A DNA stretch of 64,000 nucleotides from an uncultured Acidobacteriota bacterium (lineage in GTDB: Bacteria; Acidobacteriota; Polarisedimenticolia; J045). Under the pieces are notes generated by a model, which was not told where the DNA came from, made no database searches, and was given only the letters and a program-made list of their open reading frames with translations. The translations under genes and the position numbers were made by a program. Positions 1 to 10,176 of the stretch are shown here, piece by piece. Each line of letters begins with the position of its first letter. The stretch's first letter is position 1. Where the stretch lies: NCBI GenBank assembly GCA_963702425.1, contig CAVPCQ010000012.1, positions 1 through 64,000 on the forward strand. Reading direction: 5' to 3'.

Positions 1-11
1 GCCTAGGCGCC

Positions 12-3000
12 ATGCGCCATACGTCCGCGCGAGACATCGTCGCGGGCCTCGCGCTCGCCGCCGCGGGCTGGACCGCGCTCGCGCCGGCGTTCGCGCAGCC
101 GACGGTCCGACCCCGCCGCTCGAGCGCCACGGCGCACGCGAGGGGCTGTTCGCCGAGACGATCAACGCGCTGTACTTCGACCGCAACGGCCTCCTCTGGG
201 TTGGCACGCGCGAAGGGCTGTTCTCGTTCGACGGCTACTCCTTCACGCTCCACCAGCACGTCGTCGGCGACCCGGCGTCGCTCGCCGACAACTGGGTCCG
301 CGCGATCTTCGAGGACCGCGCCGGGAACCTCTGGGTCGGAACCAATGCCGGGGGACTCAACCGCCTCGATCGCGCCACGGGCCGCGTGACCGCCTTCCGG
401 CACGACGCAGGCAACCCCGGGACCCTCAGCCACGACAGCGTTTACGCGCTCGCCGGGGCCGGGGACGGCACGCTTTGGGTCGGTACCCAGTCCGGGCTGA
501 ACCGCTTCGACCCGGCGACCGGCGTCGTACGGCGCGTTCCGGTGCTGGCGAAGCCCCATCCGCGGTCGGGGTCCGAGTACGTCGGCGCGCTGCTCCCCGA
601 CCGCGACGGCTCGCTCTGGGTCGCGACGATCGGCAACTGGGTCTTGCGCTTCGATCCGGCGAGCGGCGTCGCCACGCCGCTCCCTGTCCCGCCGGGCAGC
701 GCCCGGGCGGTCGCGTCGGCCGACGCTTTCTCGCTGGCCGTCGACGCGGCGGGCCGGCTCTGGATCGGCACCCGGCACGGAGCCGTGTTGCACGACCCGA
801 GCGACGGCTCGACGCGGCGGATCATCGCCCGGCCAGGCGACGAGGCGACTTTCGTGGAGAACGTCGTCCCGGCCCTCGCGCCCGATCCCGGCGGGCCGGT
901 CTGGATCGGTTCCTTCGTGGGGCTGCTGCGGGTCGAGGAGCCGCCTTTCGTCGCCTTCCGAATGAGCGTATCCGAGGAAGGCGGAACGGAGGGAACCGAG
1001 GAGCGGATCACCGCCCTTGCGCTCGACGCGGGCGGCTCGCTCTGGCTCGGAACGACCGGGGGGGGGCTGTCGCGTCTGCCGTTGCCCGTCGGTCCGTTCC
1101 GGACGATCGGCGCCAAGCTCGGTCCAGGCTCGCTCAGCTTCGGCGACGTGACCGCGCTGCTCGAGGACCGGCAGCGGCGCCTCTGGGTCGGCACCTTCGG
1201 CGGAGGGATCGAGGTCCGTGAACCGGGCAGCGACGAGTTCCGGATCGTGCCCCTGCTGGAGGGCGGGCGGAAGTTCGCGGATGGCGTCCTGCGGCTCCGC
1301 GAGGACGGCAGGGGAGCGCTCTGGATCGCCGCCACCGACGGCGTCACGCGGTACGACCCGGAGTCGGGCTCGGTCACCCACTTCGGGCACGCTCCCGACG
1401 ACCCGTCGTCCCTTCCGCGCGGCTACGGCTACTCGCTCCTGATCGACCGCGACGACCGGGTCTGGGTCGGCACCGGAGGCGGCGGCCTGGCGCGGTTGCG
1501 GGAGGACGGCCGCGGCTTCGAGCGCTTCGTACACGACGCGGACGACCCGGCGACGCCGAGCGATGACTTCGTCACCGTCCTGCACGAGGACCGCGAGGGC
1601 CGGATCTGGATGGGGACGCGCTCGGGCGGCGTGAACCTGGTCGACCGCGCCACGGGCCGGACCCAGCGGCTCCCGGTCGACCCCCAGGACCCCGAGGCGC
1701 TGGCCCACCAGTACGTGACCTCGATGCTCGAGGACCGCGCCGGGAACCTCTGGATCGGCAGCGCGGGTGGCGGCCTCGCCCGGCTCCTGCGCCTCGACCC
1801 GGAGCGCGGCCCGCGCTTCGAGCGGATCACGACCCGGGACGGGCTCGTCAACGACAACGTGATGTCGATCGTCGAGGACGACGACGGCAGCCTCTGGCTC
1901 TCGACGCGGCGCGGCCTGACCCGCTTCGACCCCGACCGTCGGGCCTTCGTCAGCTACGACGTCGCCGACGGGCTCCCCTCGTCGGAGGGGAACCTCTCGG
2001 CCGCGGTGCGGGCCCACGACGCGCTCTATGTCGGCACGCTGAACGGCGTGGTCGTGATCCCGCGCGGCACGCCGTTCTCTACCCCGCCTCCCGCACAGCT
2101 CGCGCTGACCGCCGTGCGCACGCTCGAGGGGCCCGCCGCGGCGCCCGGCTCGCCGTGGCCGCCGCGGTCGGTCGCCATCCGGCACGGACAGCCGCTGACC
2201 GTTTCGTTCGCCGTCGTCGACTACGACCCGCACCGCCGCCACCGGTACGCCTATCGGCTCGGCGGCGAGGCGTGGATCGATCTCGGGGCGCAGCGCGAGC
2301 TGACCTTCACCGACCTCGCGCCGGGGGAGCACCTGATCGAGCTGCGCGCCCGCGGGGCGCGCGGCGGGTGGAGCGACCCGCCGCTCGCGATGACGGTGCA
2401 GGTGATCCCTCCCTTCTACCGGACGGCCTGGTTCCGGATCGTCAGCACCCTGGCCCTGGCGGCCGCGGCCGTCGCCTGGCACCAGGTCCGCACGCGGAGC
2501 CTCGCGCGGCGCAACCGCGAGCTGACCGACCTGCACGCCCAGCGCGAGGCGGCGCTGCGCGTCGCGCGCTCCAAGGAAGAAGAGCTGCAGGCCGCCTTCG
2601 AGCGCTTGCAGGCCCTGACCCGGCGGCTGGAGGCCGCGAAGGAAGAGGAGCGCAAGGCGATCGCGCGCGAGCTGCACGACGAGATGGGGCAGTTGCTGAC
2701 CGCCGCCAAGATCAACATCCAGTTGCTGCAGAAGCTCGGCATCGAAGAGTCTGCGCCGCGCCGGCTCGCGGACACGGTCGCGCTGCTCGACCGGATGATC
2801 AAGCTGGTCCGCGCGCTGTCGTTCGAGTTGCGGCCGCCGCTGATGGACGAGCTGGGGCTGGTCGCGGCCCTGCAGGGGCACCTCGCTTCGCAGGCCGAGC
2901 GGACGGGGCTGGCCGTGAGCTTCTCGGACGAAGGCCTGCCGGAGCGGCTGCCGCCGGAACTGGAGATCGCGGCCTTTCGGATCGTGCAGGAGGCGATGAC

Positions 3001-3262
3001 GAACGTCGTGCGCCACGCCGGCGCGAAGCGGGTCGCCGTCCGGCTGCGGGCCGGGGACGGGCACCTGCGGATCGAGGTCGAGGACGACGGGCAGGGCTTC
3101 GATCCGGACGGCCGGGCCGGGCCCGGTACGGGGGCGGCCGAGGAGCACTACGGCATCACGGGGATGAAGGAGCGGGCCGAGGCCCTGGGGGGGCGGGTCA
3201 CCGTCCGCTCGGCGAAAGGGCGCGGTACGGCGATCCGCGCCGATCTACCATGGCTCGCGTGA
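12..3262 (+). CDS. Sensor histidine kinase with extracellular Reg_prop beta-propellers, Y_Y_Y domain, TM helix, HisKA_3 and HATPase; apparent frameshift near 110-119
   Basis: Many LWVGT/LWIGT propeller repeats; H-box IARELHDEMGQ; N-box RIVQEAMTNVVRHA; G-boxes DDGQGF and YGITGMKER. The signal peptide (MRHTSARDIVAGLALAAAGWTALAPAFAQ) starts at 12 in a different frame from the propeller sequence, which reads LERHGAREGLFAETINALYFDRNGLLWVGT from 119 in the 386..3262 frame. Confidence 0.88.
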
Positions 3263-3272
3263 GGGGCCCTCG

Positions 3273-3917
3273 ATGAAGGTGATCCTCGCCGACGACCACC
3301 ACCTGGTCCGCAGCGGCATCCGCGCGCTGCTGGAGTCGATCGGGGGCGTGTCCGTGGTCGCCGAGACGGGCGACGGCCGCGAGGCGCTCGAGTTGATCCA
3401 GCAGCACCGCCCCGACGTCGCGCTGCTCGACATCACGATGCCGGGCCTCAACGGGCTCGAGGTCGCGGCCCGGGTCCGCGAGAGCTCCCCCCGCACCCGG
3501 GTGATCGTGCTCTCGATGCATGCCGGGGAGACTTACGTCGCGCAGGCGCTGAGCGTGGGCGTGGCCGGCTATCTGCTCAAGGACTCGGCCGTCTCGGACC
3601 TTCAGGCGGCGCTCGAGGCGGTCGGACGAGGCGGGACCTTCCTCAGCCCGGCGATCTCGCAGCAGGTCGCGGCCTCTCACCTGCGCGGGGGGAGCCGCTC
3701 GGCCGACCCGCTGCAGGGGCTGAGCCCGCGCCAGCGCGAGGTCCTGCAGCTCATCGCCGAGGGTCGCTCGACGAAGGAGATCGCGTTCGACCTTTCGCTC
3801 TCGATCAAGACGGTAGAAACCCACCGGGCCCAGATCATGGAGCGGCTCCAGATCCACGACGTCGCGGGCCTGGTCCGCTTCGCGATCCGGGCCGGCCTGA
3901 TCACCCCCGAGCCATAA
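3273..3917 (+). CDS. NarL/LuxR-family DNA-binding response regulator
   Basis: REC (ILADDH, LLDITMP, YLLK) plus LuxR HTH (LSPRQREVLQLIAEGRSTKEIAFDLSLSIKTVETHR); 10 bp after the HisKA_3 kinase. Confidence 0.95.
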   Translation: MKVILADDHHLVRSGIRALLESIGGVSVVAETGDGREALELIQQHRPDVALLDITMPGLNGLEVAARVRESSPRTRVIVLSMHAGETYVAQALSVGVAGYLLKDSAVSDLQAALEAVGRGGTFLSPAISQQVAASHLRGGSRSADPLQGLSPRQREVLQLIAEGRSTKEIAFDLSLSIKTVETHRAQIMERLQIHDVAGLVRFAIRAGLITPEP

Positions 3918-3950
3918 CACCGACATCCCGGGGTGTTTTTCGCCGCGTCC

Positions 3951-3965
3951 TCGGGGATTCCCCGA
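3951..3965. promoter_or_regulatory. Palindrome TCGGGGA-T-TCCCCGA, candidate operator for the NarL-type regulator
   Basis: Perfect 7-1-7 inverted repeat in the intergenic region between the regulator and the receiver gene; function is inferred. Confidence 0.3.
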
Positions 3966-4226
3966 TGGTCCCGCTTCCCATTCCAGCGGACCCTGCTCCT
4001 GGTTCCGGATGGAGCGAGGCTTGGTCACCGGCAGCGCACCCGATCGAGGTCGGCCATTCCGGGGGTTCGGGCAGCCAACCGGCCAGCGGCGGCAGGTTCG
4101 GCGTCCGAGAGCAGGGCGGGGTACGAGGCCGTTTCCTCTGCGCCTTCTGGAAGGGGCGGTGGAGAACCTCCCCTCCGCTGCTCCTGCGTTGCTTGCTCCG
4201 CTCACGCCGCCGTGAGGGAAGGACCG

Positions 4227-4604
4227 ATGTCCGAGCTCCGGTCTCCGCTGCGGATCTTCGTGGTCGACGACAACGAGGAGTTCCTCGCGCTGTCCGGCGA
4301 CTGGATCGCCTCGGAGCTCTCGCTGTCGCTGGTCGGCTGCGCGAAGACGGGGCTTGAAGCGCTCGAGGCGGTCGCCCGGACGGAGCCCGACGTCGTGCTG
4401 GTGGACGTCGTCATGCCCGGGATCGACGGCTTCGAGACGACCCGGCGGCTGAAGCTCTCTGCCTCCGCACCGCGAGTGATCGTCATGTCCTTCCTCGACT
4501 CGGACTCGGTACGGCGAGCAGCGGCGGACGCCGGGGCGGACGGCTTCCTGTCGAAGGCCGAGCTGACGGATCGGCTCAGCGCGGTGCTCGAGCCGCCGGC
4601 CTGA
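4227..4604 (+). CDS. Stand-alone response regulator receiver protein
   Basis: ATG 4227 preceded by GGGAAGGA; IFVVDDN, VLVDVVMPGIDG, GFLSK receiver motifs; no output domain. Confidence 0.88.
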   Translation: MSELRSPLRIFVVDDNEEFLALSGDWIASELSLSLVGCAKTGLEALEAVARTEPDVVLVDVVMPGIDGFETTRRLKLSASAPRVIVMSFLDSDSVRRAAADAGADGFLSKAELTDRLSAVLEPPA

Positions 4605-4619
4605 GCGGGCCTGACCCGG

Positions 4620-5333
4620 TCAGAGGGGCGCGACCCCGAGCGCGTAGAGCGCCGCTGCGAAGTCAGCCGGCAGCGGCGCGGTGATCACCGGGCCCAGTTC
4701 CTCCGGAAGCTCGAGCCGCCACGCGTGCAGCAAGGTGTGATCCGGCGCGAGCAAGGCGCGGAGCACGGCGTCCTTCACGCCGTGGTGCCGCGGGCCGCCG
4801 TAGAAGTCGTCGCCCACGATCGGGTGCCCGGCCTGCGCGAGGTGGACGCGGATCTGGTGCGTGCGCCCGGTCTCGGGACGCAGCTCGACCAGCGCCGCGT
4901 GCGACGGTGCCGCCAGCACGCGGTAGCGCGTCAGCGCCGGGCGGCCCGCGGGATCGACGCGCATCCGCCTCCGGTCGTCGCGATCGGGCCCCAGCAGCGC
5001 GTCGTACCGCCCTTCGCGCGGCCGCGGGTGGCCCCAGCAGAGCGCGAGGTAGACCTTCCCGATCTGCCGGGCGCCGAGCGCTTCGGCCAGCGCGCGGTGC
5101 GTCTCCGGGTCGCGGGCGAGCAGGACGACGCCGGTGGTGCCGAGGTCGAGCCGATGGACCAGGAGCAGCGCGTCCGGGTCGAGGTACTCCTCCCGGCGCA
5201 CCGCGTCGGGGAGCGCCTCGACCAGCCGCCGCACCGCCGCGCCCGGCTCGCTGGCGGGCGTCGCGAGCGACAACCCGGCCGGCTTGTCGATCGCGACCAG
5301 CCGCTCGTCCGAGAAGAGCAGCCGCGCGGTCAT
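4620..5333 (-). CDS. RluA-family RNA pseudouridine synthase
   Basis: IDKPAGL, catalytic HRLDLGTTG, TGRTHQIRVHL, PIVGDDFYG, LLHAWRL motifs. Confidence 0.93.
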   Translation of the reverse strand: MTARLLFSDERLVAIDKPAGLSLATPASEPGAAVRRLVEALPDAVRREEYLDPDALLLVHRLDLGTTGVVLLARDPETHRALAEALGARQIGKVYLALCWGHPRPREGRYDALLGPDRDDRRRMRVDPAGRPALTRYRVLAAPSHAALVELRPETGRTHQIRVHLAQAGHPIVGDDFYGGPRHHGVKDAVLRALLAPDHTLLHAWRLELPEELGPVITAPLPADFAAALYALGVAPL

Positions 5334-5436
5334 CGGGCCGCCGGGAGGGGACGTGCGGGGCGGAAGGGCACCATCCGTGCAAGCATCTCAGCACCCGCGG
5401 CGACCCGGCAACGGCGGGCCGCGGACGGAGGCATGG

Positions 5437-6975
5437 ATGAGGCGTGGTCGGGGTGCGGTCGCTTCGCGGGCCGTCCTGGTGTTGCTGGCCGGCGTCGCGG
5501 CGACCCTCGGGGCGGCGGGCCCGGCCTCCGCGGCGGCGAAGGGCGACCCGGCCGCCATCCCCGGGATCGCCGCCGCGAGCCTGATGAAGGACGTCGGCAC
5601 CCTCGCCTCGCCCAAGTTCGCGGGGCGCCTGGCGGGAAGTCCGGGCTACGACGAGGCCGTGAAGTGGGCGGCGCGCCGCCTCGAGAAGCTCGGCCTTCGT
5701 CCCGGCGGCGACGCCGGCGGGTATCTCCAGCGCTTCCCGCTCGAGTACAACGCGATCGAGACCTGCCGGCTCGCGATCGCGTCCGGCGGCGGGGCGCCCC
5801 GCGCGCTCGCGATCCCGACCGACTTCACCTGCCGCGGCTTCACCGGCGCCGGGAGCGTTGCGGCCCCGGTCGTGTTCGCCGGCTTCGGCCTGACGCTGCC
5901 CGACCAGGGCTGGGACGACTACGCCGGGCTCGACGTCGCCGGGAAGATCGTGCTGGTCTTCAAGGACCCGCCGCCCTTCGATCCGCCGCGCGCCGCGGAG
6001 GGAGTCAAGGGCTGGGGCGACGCGCCGCTGCCGCGGCCGAAGGCGCTCAACGCGCAGGCCCACGGCGCGGCTGGGCTGCTGATGGTCTCGCTGCCGAAGG
6101 ACGGCAAGGTCGCGCCGCCGATCGCCAGCGTGCTGCACGGGCCAGGCGTGCAGCCGGCCGGATTTCCGCAGCAGCACGTCAGCGGTGCGGTGGCGGAATC
6201 GCTCCTCGCAGGGAGCGGCGTGACGCTCGAGACGCTCGTGCGGGAACTCGTCGAGGGCAAGGCGCCGCGCTCGCGGGCGCTCGCATCGTCGGCGACGATC
6301 ACCGTCGCGGCGCGCTATCGCGCGGACCAGCCGGCCGCGAACGTCGTCGCGATCCTGCCCGGGGGCGACCCGGAGCTGCGCGGCGAGGTCGTCGTCATCG
6401 GCGCGCACCTCGATCACGTCGGGACCCAGGAAGGGGTCGTCTGGCCGGGCGCGAACGACAATGCGTCGGGCTCGGCGGCGCTCCTCGCGGTCGCCGAGGC
6501 CTTCGCGAAGAGCCACCGGCCGCCGCGGCGCACGCTGGTCTTCGTGCTGTTCGCGGCCGAGGAGCAGGGGCTGAACGGAGCGCGCTGGTTCGTCGACCAC
6601 CCGCCCTATCCGGCCGACCGGATCGTCGCCATGCTCAACCTCGACTGCATCGGGCACGGCGAGGGGTTGCAGCTCGGGAGCGGGAAGAGCGCACCGCAGC
6701 TTTGGGAGCTGGCGCGCGCGCTCGACGCCGACGGGGACCGGATCACGATCGAGGATACCTGGGCCGGCGGCGGTGCCGACGCGACGCCGTTCCACGAGAA
6801 GGGGATCCCGACGCTCTACTTCGCGACGACGAAGAGCTACACCCACCTGCACCTGACGAGCGATCGGCCGGAGACGCTCAACCCGGCGCTGCTGGAGAAG
6901 GTCGCCCGGCTGGCATTCCGGACCGCCCGCTCGGTCTCCGACGGTGGCTACGACCGCGAGACGGTGAAGCCGTAG
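5437..6975 (+). CDS. Secreted M28-family metallopeptidase with PA domain
   Basis: Signal peptide; GAHLDH, GANDNASG, AAEEQGL, LNLDCIG and the C-terminal His motif; PA insert (DYAGLDVAGKIVLV). Confidence 0.92.
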   Translation: MRRGRGAVASRAVLVLLAGVAATLGAAGPASAAAKGDPAAIPGIAAASLMKDVGTLASPKFAGRLAGSPGYDEAVKWAARRLEKLGLRPGGDAGGYLQRFPLEYNAIETCRLAIASGGGAPRALAIPTDFTCRGFTGAGSVAAPVVFAGFGLTLPDQGWDDYAGLDVAGKIVLVFKDPPPFDPPRAAEGVKGWGDAPLPRPKALNAQAHGAAGLLMVSLPKDGKVAPPIASVLHGPGVQPAGFPQQHVSGAVAESLLAGSGVTLETLVRELVEGKAPRSRALASSATITVAARYRADQPAANVVAILPGGDPELRGEVVVIGAHLDHVGTQEGVVWPGANDNASGSAALLAVAEAFAKSHRPPRRTLVFVLFAAEEQGLNGARWFVDHPPYPADRIVAMLNLDCIGHGEGLQLGSGKSAPQLWELARALDADGDRITIEDTWAGGGADATPFHEKGIPTLYFATTKSYTHLHLTSDRPETLNPALLEKVARLAFRTARSVSDGGYDRETVKP

Positions 6976-6998
6976 CTCAGCGCGCCGGTGGGACGGAT

Positions 6999-7097
6999 GC
7001 AGGGGCCGCCCGCGCGTGCTGCAGGGGCCGCCCTCTGCGGCGGCCCGCGACGCGCGTCCTGTAGCGGCCGCCCTCCGTGGCGGCCCGCGACGCGCGT
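6999..7097. repeat. REP-like tandem palindromic repeats (one partial and two ~40-bp units)
   Basis: GCAGGGGCCGCCC (6999), GCAGGGGCCGCCCTCTGCGGCGGCCCGCGACGCGCGT (7021) and GTAGCGGCCGCCCTCCGTGGCGGCCCGCGACGCGCGT (7061): G(T/C)AG head plus GC-rich hairpin, between convergent genes. Confidence 0.65.
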
Positions 7098-8939
7098 TCA
7101 CGGTGCGGGCGGCGTCTCCGCGGCCTGGGCGGCACGGACCTTGTCGAGCAGTGCCCGCGCGTCGGGGGTTTCGCGGGCATTCGGCGCCTCGCGCACGAAG
7201 GCCTCGAGCATCGCGACCCCCTCGTCCACGCGGCCCGCGGCCACCAGCGCGCGTCCGAGCCGGAAGCGCGCCGCGGTGTTGCCCGGCTCGAGCTCGAGCA
7301 CGCGGGTCAGGCGCGCGATCCCTTCCTCGAACAGCGCGGCGCGGGCGGCGGCGTCGGGCGCGTCCTTCGTCATCGTCAGCGCCGCGAGGGCGACGTTGTA
7401 GTGCGCGGTGCCGCTCTCCGGGTTGGCCTTCGCCGCCTCTCGGAACAGCCCGATCGCGGCCGCCGCCCCGTCGCGCTTCAGCCGCACCAGCCCGGCCTCG
7501 ACGAGCGTCGCCGAGCGGTTCGCCGGGTGTGCAGGGAGCGCCAGCGCCCGGTCGAGCAGCGCCTGGGCGGCGTCCAGACGCCCGGACTCCAGCTCGAGGC
7601 GCGCCAGGAAGACCAGCGGCTCGACCGCGTCGGGCGAGGTGCGGTGCGCGGCGCGCCAGAAGCTCGCCTCGTCGCGGAACGCAGCTTGCCCCGCGACGGT
7701 CGCGAAGCCCGCGAGGGGCGCCAGCAGGGCGGCGACCGCGAACACCCAGGCCGGCCGCGCGAGCGCCCGTCCGAGCAGGAAGGCCGCGAGCATCACCGCG
7801 CCGGCACTCGACAGGTAGAGGTAACGCTCGGCGACCGGGTTGGTCGGGACGCGAAGCAGCAGCGGGATCGCCAGGGCCGGCAGCAACGGAAGCAGCCAGA
7901 GTGCGAGAGCGAACCGCTCGGGCCGCCAGCCCCGCCGCCCGAACCACCACCAGGCCGCGGTGAAGGCGGCCGCGCCCACGATGCCGAGCCCGATCCACGG
8001 GCCGTCAGGGAGGTAGCGGACATAGGTGCTCGTCGGCACCGGCCAGAGGGTCTTCGCCACGTACCAGCCGAGCGGACCGAAGAGGGTGTCGAGGCGCAGC
8101 ATCAGCGGGTTGGAATCACCGGCCGGAAGTGACGCCATCCCCGTGACGCGCAGCACCAGCCACAGGGCCACGACCAGCGCGTAGACGAGCCACGCCGGCA
8201 GCGCGGCCGCGCGCAGCCAGGCCAGCAAGCCGGCGACGGGCGGGGCCAGCTCGGCGCGTGGCTTCCCGCGCCGAGCCGGCGGCGGCACCGCCGCCGCCGC
8301 CGGAAGGCCGAGGATCCAGTCCGCCAGCGGCAGGAGCAGCACCAGCCCGGCGGCGGCCTCCTTCGACAGGAGGGCCCCGAGCAGCGCGACCGCCGCGGCG
8401 CCGAGCGCCGTGAGCGAGCCCCCGCGCCGGTACCGGAGGTGAAGCGTCAGGGCCAGCAGCCCGAACAACGCGGCCAGGCTGTCCGAGCGTCCGACGATCC
8501 AGGCCGCGGTCTCGACGTGCACCGGATGAACGGCGAAGAGCAGCCCCGCCGCGCCGGCCAGCCACGCCGCACCCGCCGTCGCCGGGGGCAGCACGGCGAG
8601 GGCGAGCAGCACGACCAGCGCCGACGCGATCGCGTGCAGCGCGACCGACGTCGCGTGCATGACGCGCTCCCGACCGTCCCCGAGCCCGGGGAAGACCCGC
8701 TCCGCGAGCGCGGCGTCGTTTCGGTAGGTGACGACCACCAGCGGGCGGTAGTAGCCGGGAGCGAGACCGGGCACGCCGGCCGGAATCACGAAGCAGTCGG
8801 CCGTGCTGCTGAAGTGCGGCAGCTGCTCGTCGAGCAGGACGTGGTCGTCCCACACCCGCCCCGCGTCGAGCGACGGGACGAAGACCGCCGCTGCGACGAC
8901 CGCGGCGAGGACCGCCAGGGCCGCGCCGGGCCGCGTCAC
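7098..8939 (-). CDS. TMTC-like membrane glycosyltransferase (GT-C fold) with C-terminal TPR repeats
   Basis: GTG 8939 overlaps the upstream stop; VWDDH, YYRPL, HPVHVETAAWIVGRSD, LLSKE and AERYLYL motifs; many TM helices, then TPRs. Confidence 0.8.
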   Translation of the reverse strand: MTRPGAALAVLAAVVAAAVFVPSLDAGRVWDDHVLLDEQLPHFSSTADCFVIPAGVPGLAPGYYRPLVVVTYRNDAALAERVFPGLGDGRERVMHATSVALHAIASALVVLLALAVLPPATAGAAWLAGAAGLLFAVHPVHVETAAWIVGRSDSLAALFGLLALTLHLRYRRGGSLTALGAAAVALLGALLSKEAAAGLVLLLPLADWILGLPAAAAVPPPARRGKPRAELAPPVAGLLAWLRAAALPAWLVYALVVALWLVLRVTGMASLPAGDSNPLMLRLDTLFGPLGWYVAKTLWPVPTSTYVRYLPDGPWIGLGIVGAAAFTAAWWWFGRRGWRPERFALALWLLPLLPALAIPLLLRVPTNPVAERYLYLSSAGAVMLAAFLLGRALARPAWVFAVAALLAPLAGFATVAGQAAFRDEASFWRAAHRTSPDAVEPLVFLARLELESGRLDAAQALLDRALALPAHPANRSATLVEAGLVRLKRDGAAAAIGLFREAAKANPESGTAHYNVALAALTMTKDAPDAAARAALFEEGIARLTRVLELEPGNTAARFRLGRALVAAGRVDEGVAMLEAFVREAPNARETPDARALLDKVRAAQAAETPPAP

Positions 8940-10085
8940 GGCGCCAACCTGGCGAGCGCCTCGTCCAGCGTCGCGTCCTGCTTGCAGAACGCGAAGCGAA
9001 CGAGGTGCCGGACCCGCGCCGGCTCCTCGCAGAAGGCCGAGACCGGGATCGCCGCGACCCCTTTCGTCGCCGGGAGCGCGCGGCAGAAGGCCAGGTCGTC
9101 GTCGAAGCCCAGCGGCCGGATGTCGGCAACGACGAAGTAGGTCCCCTGCGGGACCAGCACGCCGTAGCCGGCTGCGACGAGCCCGGAGCACAGCCGGTCG
9201 CGCCGCGCCCGGTAGTCGGCGACGAAGCGCGCGAAGAAGGCGTCGTCCGCCGCCAGCCCCGCGGCCGACCGCGAGCTGGAACGGCCCCGGGGTGCAGAAG
9301 GTGACGAACTGGTGCGCGGCGCGCAGCGCGCGCGTCAACGGCTCCGGCGCGCAGGCGTAGCCGATCTTCCAGCCGGTCAGGCTGAAGGTCTTCCCCGCCG
9401 ACGAGATCATCACGGTCCGCTCGCGCATCCCCGGCAGCGTCGCCAGCGGCAGGTGTTCCCCTTCGAAGACGAGGTGCTCGTAGACCTCGTCGGTGATCGC
9501 CAGCAGGTCGTGGTGCCGGCAGACCTCGGCCACCGCCTCCAGCTCGTCCCGCGCGAAGACCTTCCCGACCGGGTTGAGCGGCGAGTTGAGGACGATCGCG
9601 CGCGTGCGCGGGGTCACCGCACGCTCGAGCGCATCGGGATCCAGCCGGAAGTCGGGCGGCCGGAGGGGCACGACGACCGCGCGCGCCCCGGCGTTGGCCA
9701 GTCCGGGCCGGTAGGAGTCGTAGAACGGCTCGAAGAGGATCGCCTCGTCGCCGGCGTCGAACAGCGCCTGGAAGGTCGCGAACAGCGCTTCGGTCGCGCC
9801 CGAGAAGACGGTCACCTCCCGGTCGGGGTCGTAGACGAGGCCGTAGAAGCGACGCCGGTGCGCGGCCACCGCGCGGTTCAGCTCGGGGAGGCCGAACATC
9901 CGCACGTACTGGTTGCGGCCCTCCCGGATCGCCCGGAGCGCCGCGTCCTTGACGAACTCCGGCCCGTCGAAGTCGGGAAAGCCCTGCCCGAGGTTGACCG
10001 CGCCGTGCCGGACCGCCAGCTCGGTCATCTCGGTGAAGATCGTCGTGCCGAACGGCGCGAGGCGCGCTGTGAGCGGGGGGCGCAT
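8936..10085 (-). CDS. PLP-dependent class I/II aminotransferase (YbdL/DapC-like); apparent +1 frameshift near 9266
   Basis: NLGQGFPDF, LNSPLNPVG, ITDEVYEH and the PLP lysine motif SSAGKTFSLTGWKIG. Removing one G at GTC-G-GCC (~9266) restores AVAAGLAADDAFFARFVADYRARRDRL...GTYF...VRFAFCK to the stop at 8936. Confidence 0.88.
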
Positions 10086-10176
10086 GGTGGCGTAAGGATA
10101 CCCTGCCGCCGCTATCGTTTGTCTTGTCGCTGCCCTTGCGGCAATCTGGCGCATTCCCGCCCTCCGGAGGATTCCC

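Noticed and set aside
6999-7097. Possible mini CRISPR array
   Set aside because: Units are directly adjacent with no unique spacers and there are no cas genes; fits REP-like repeats.
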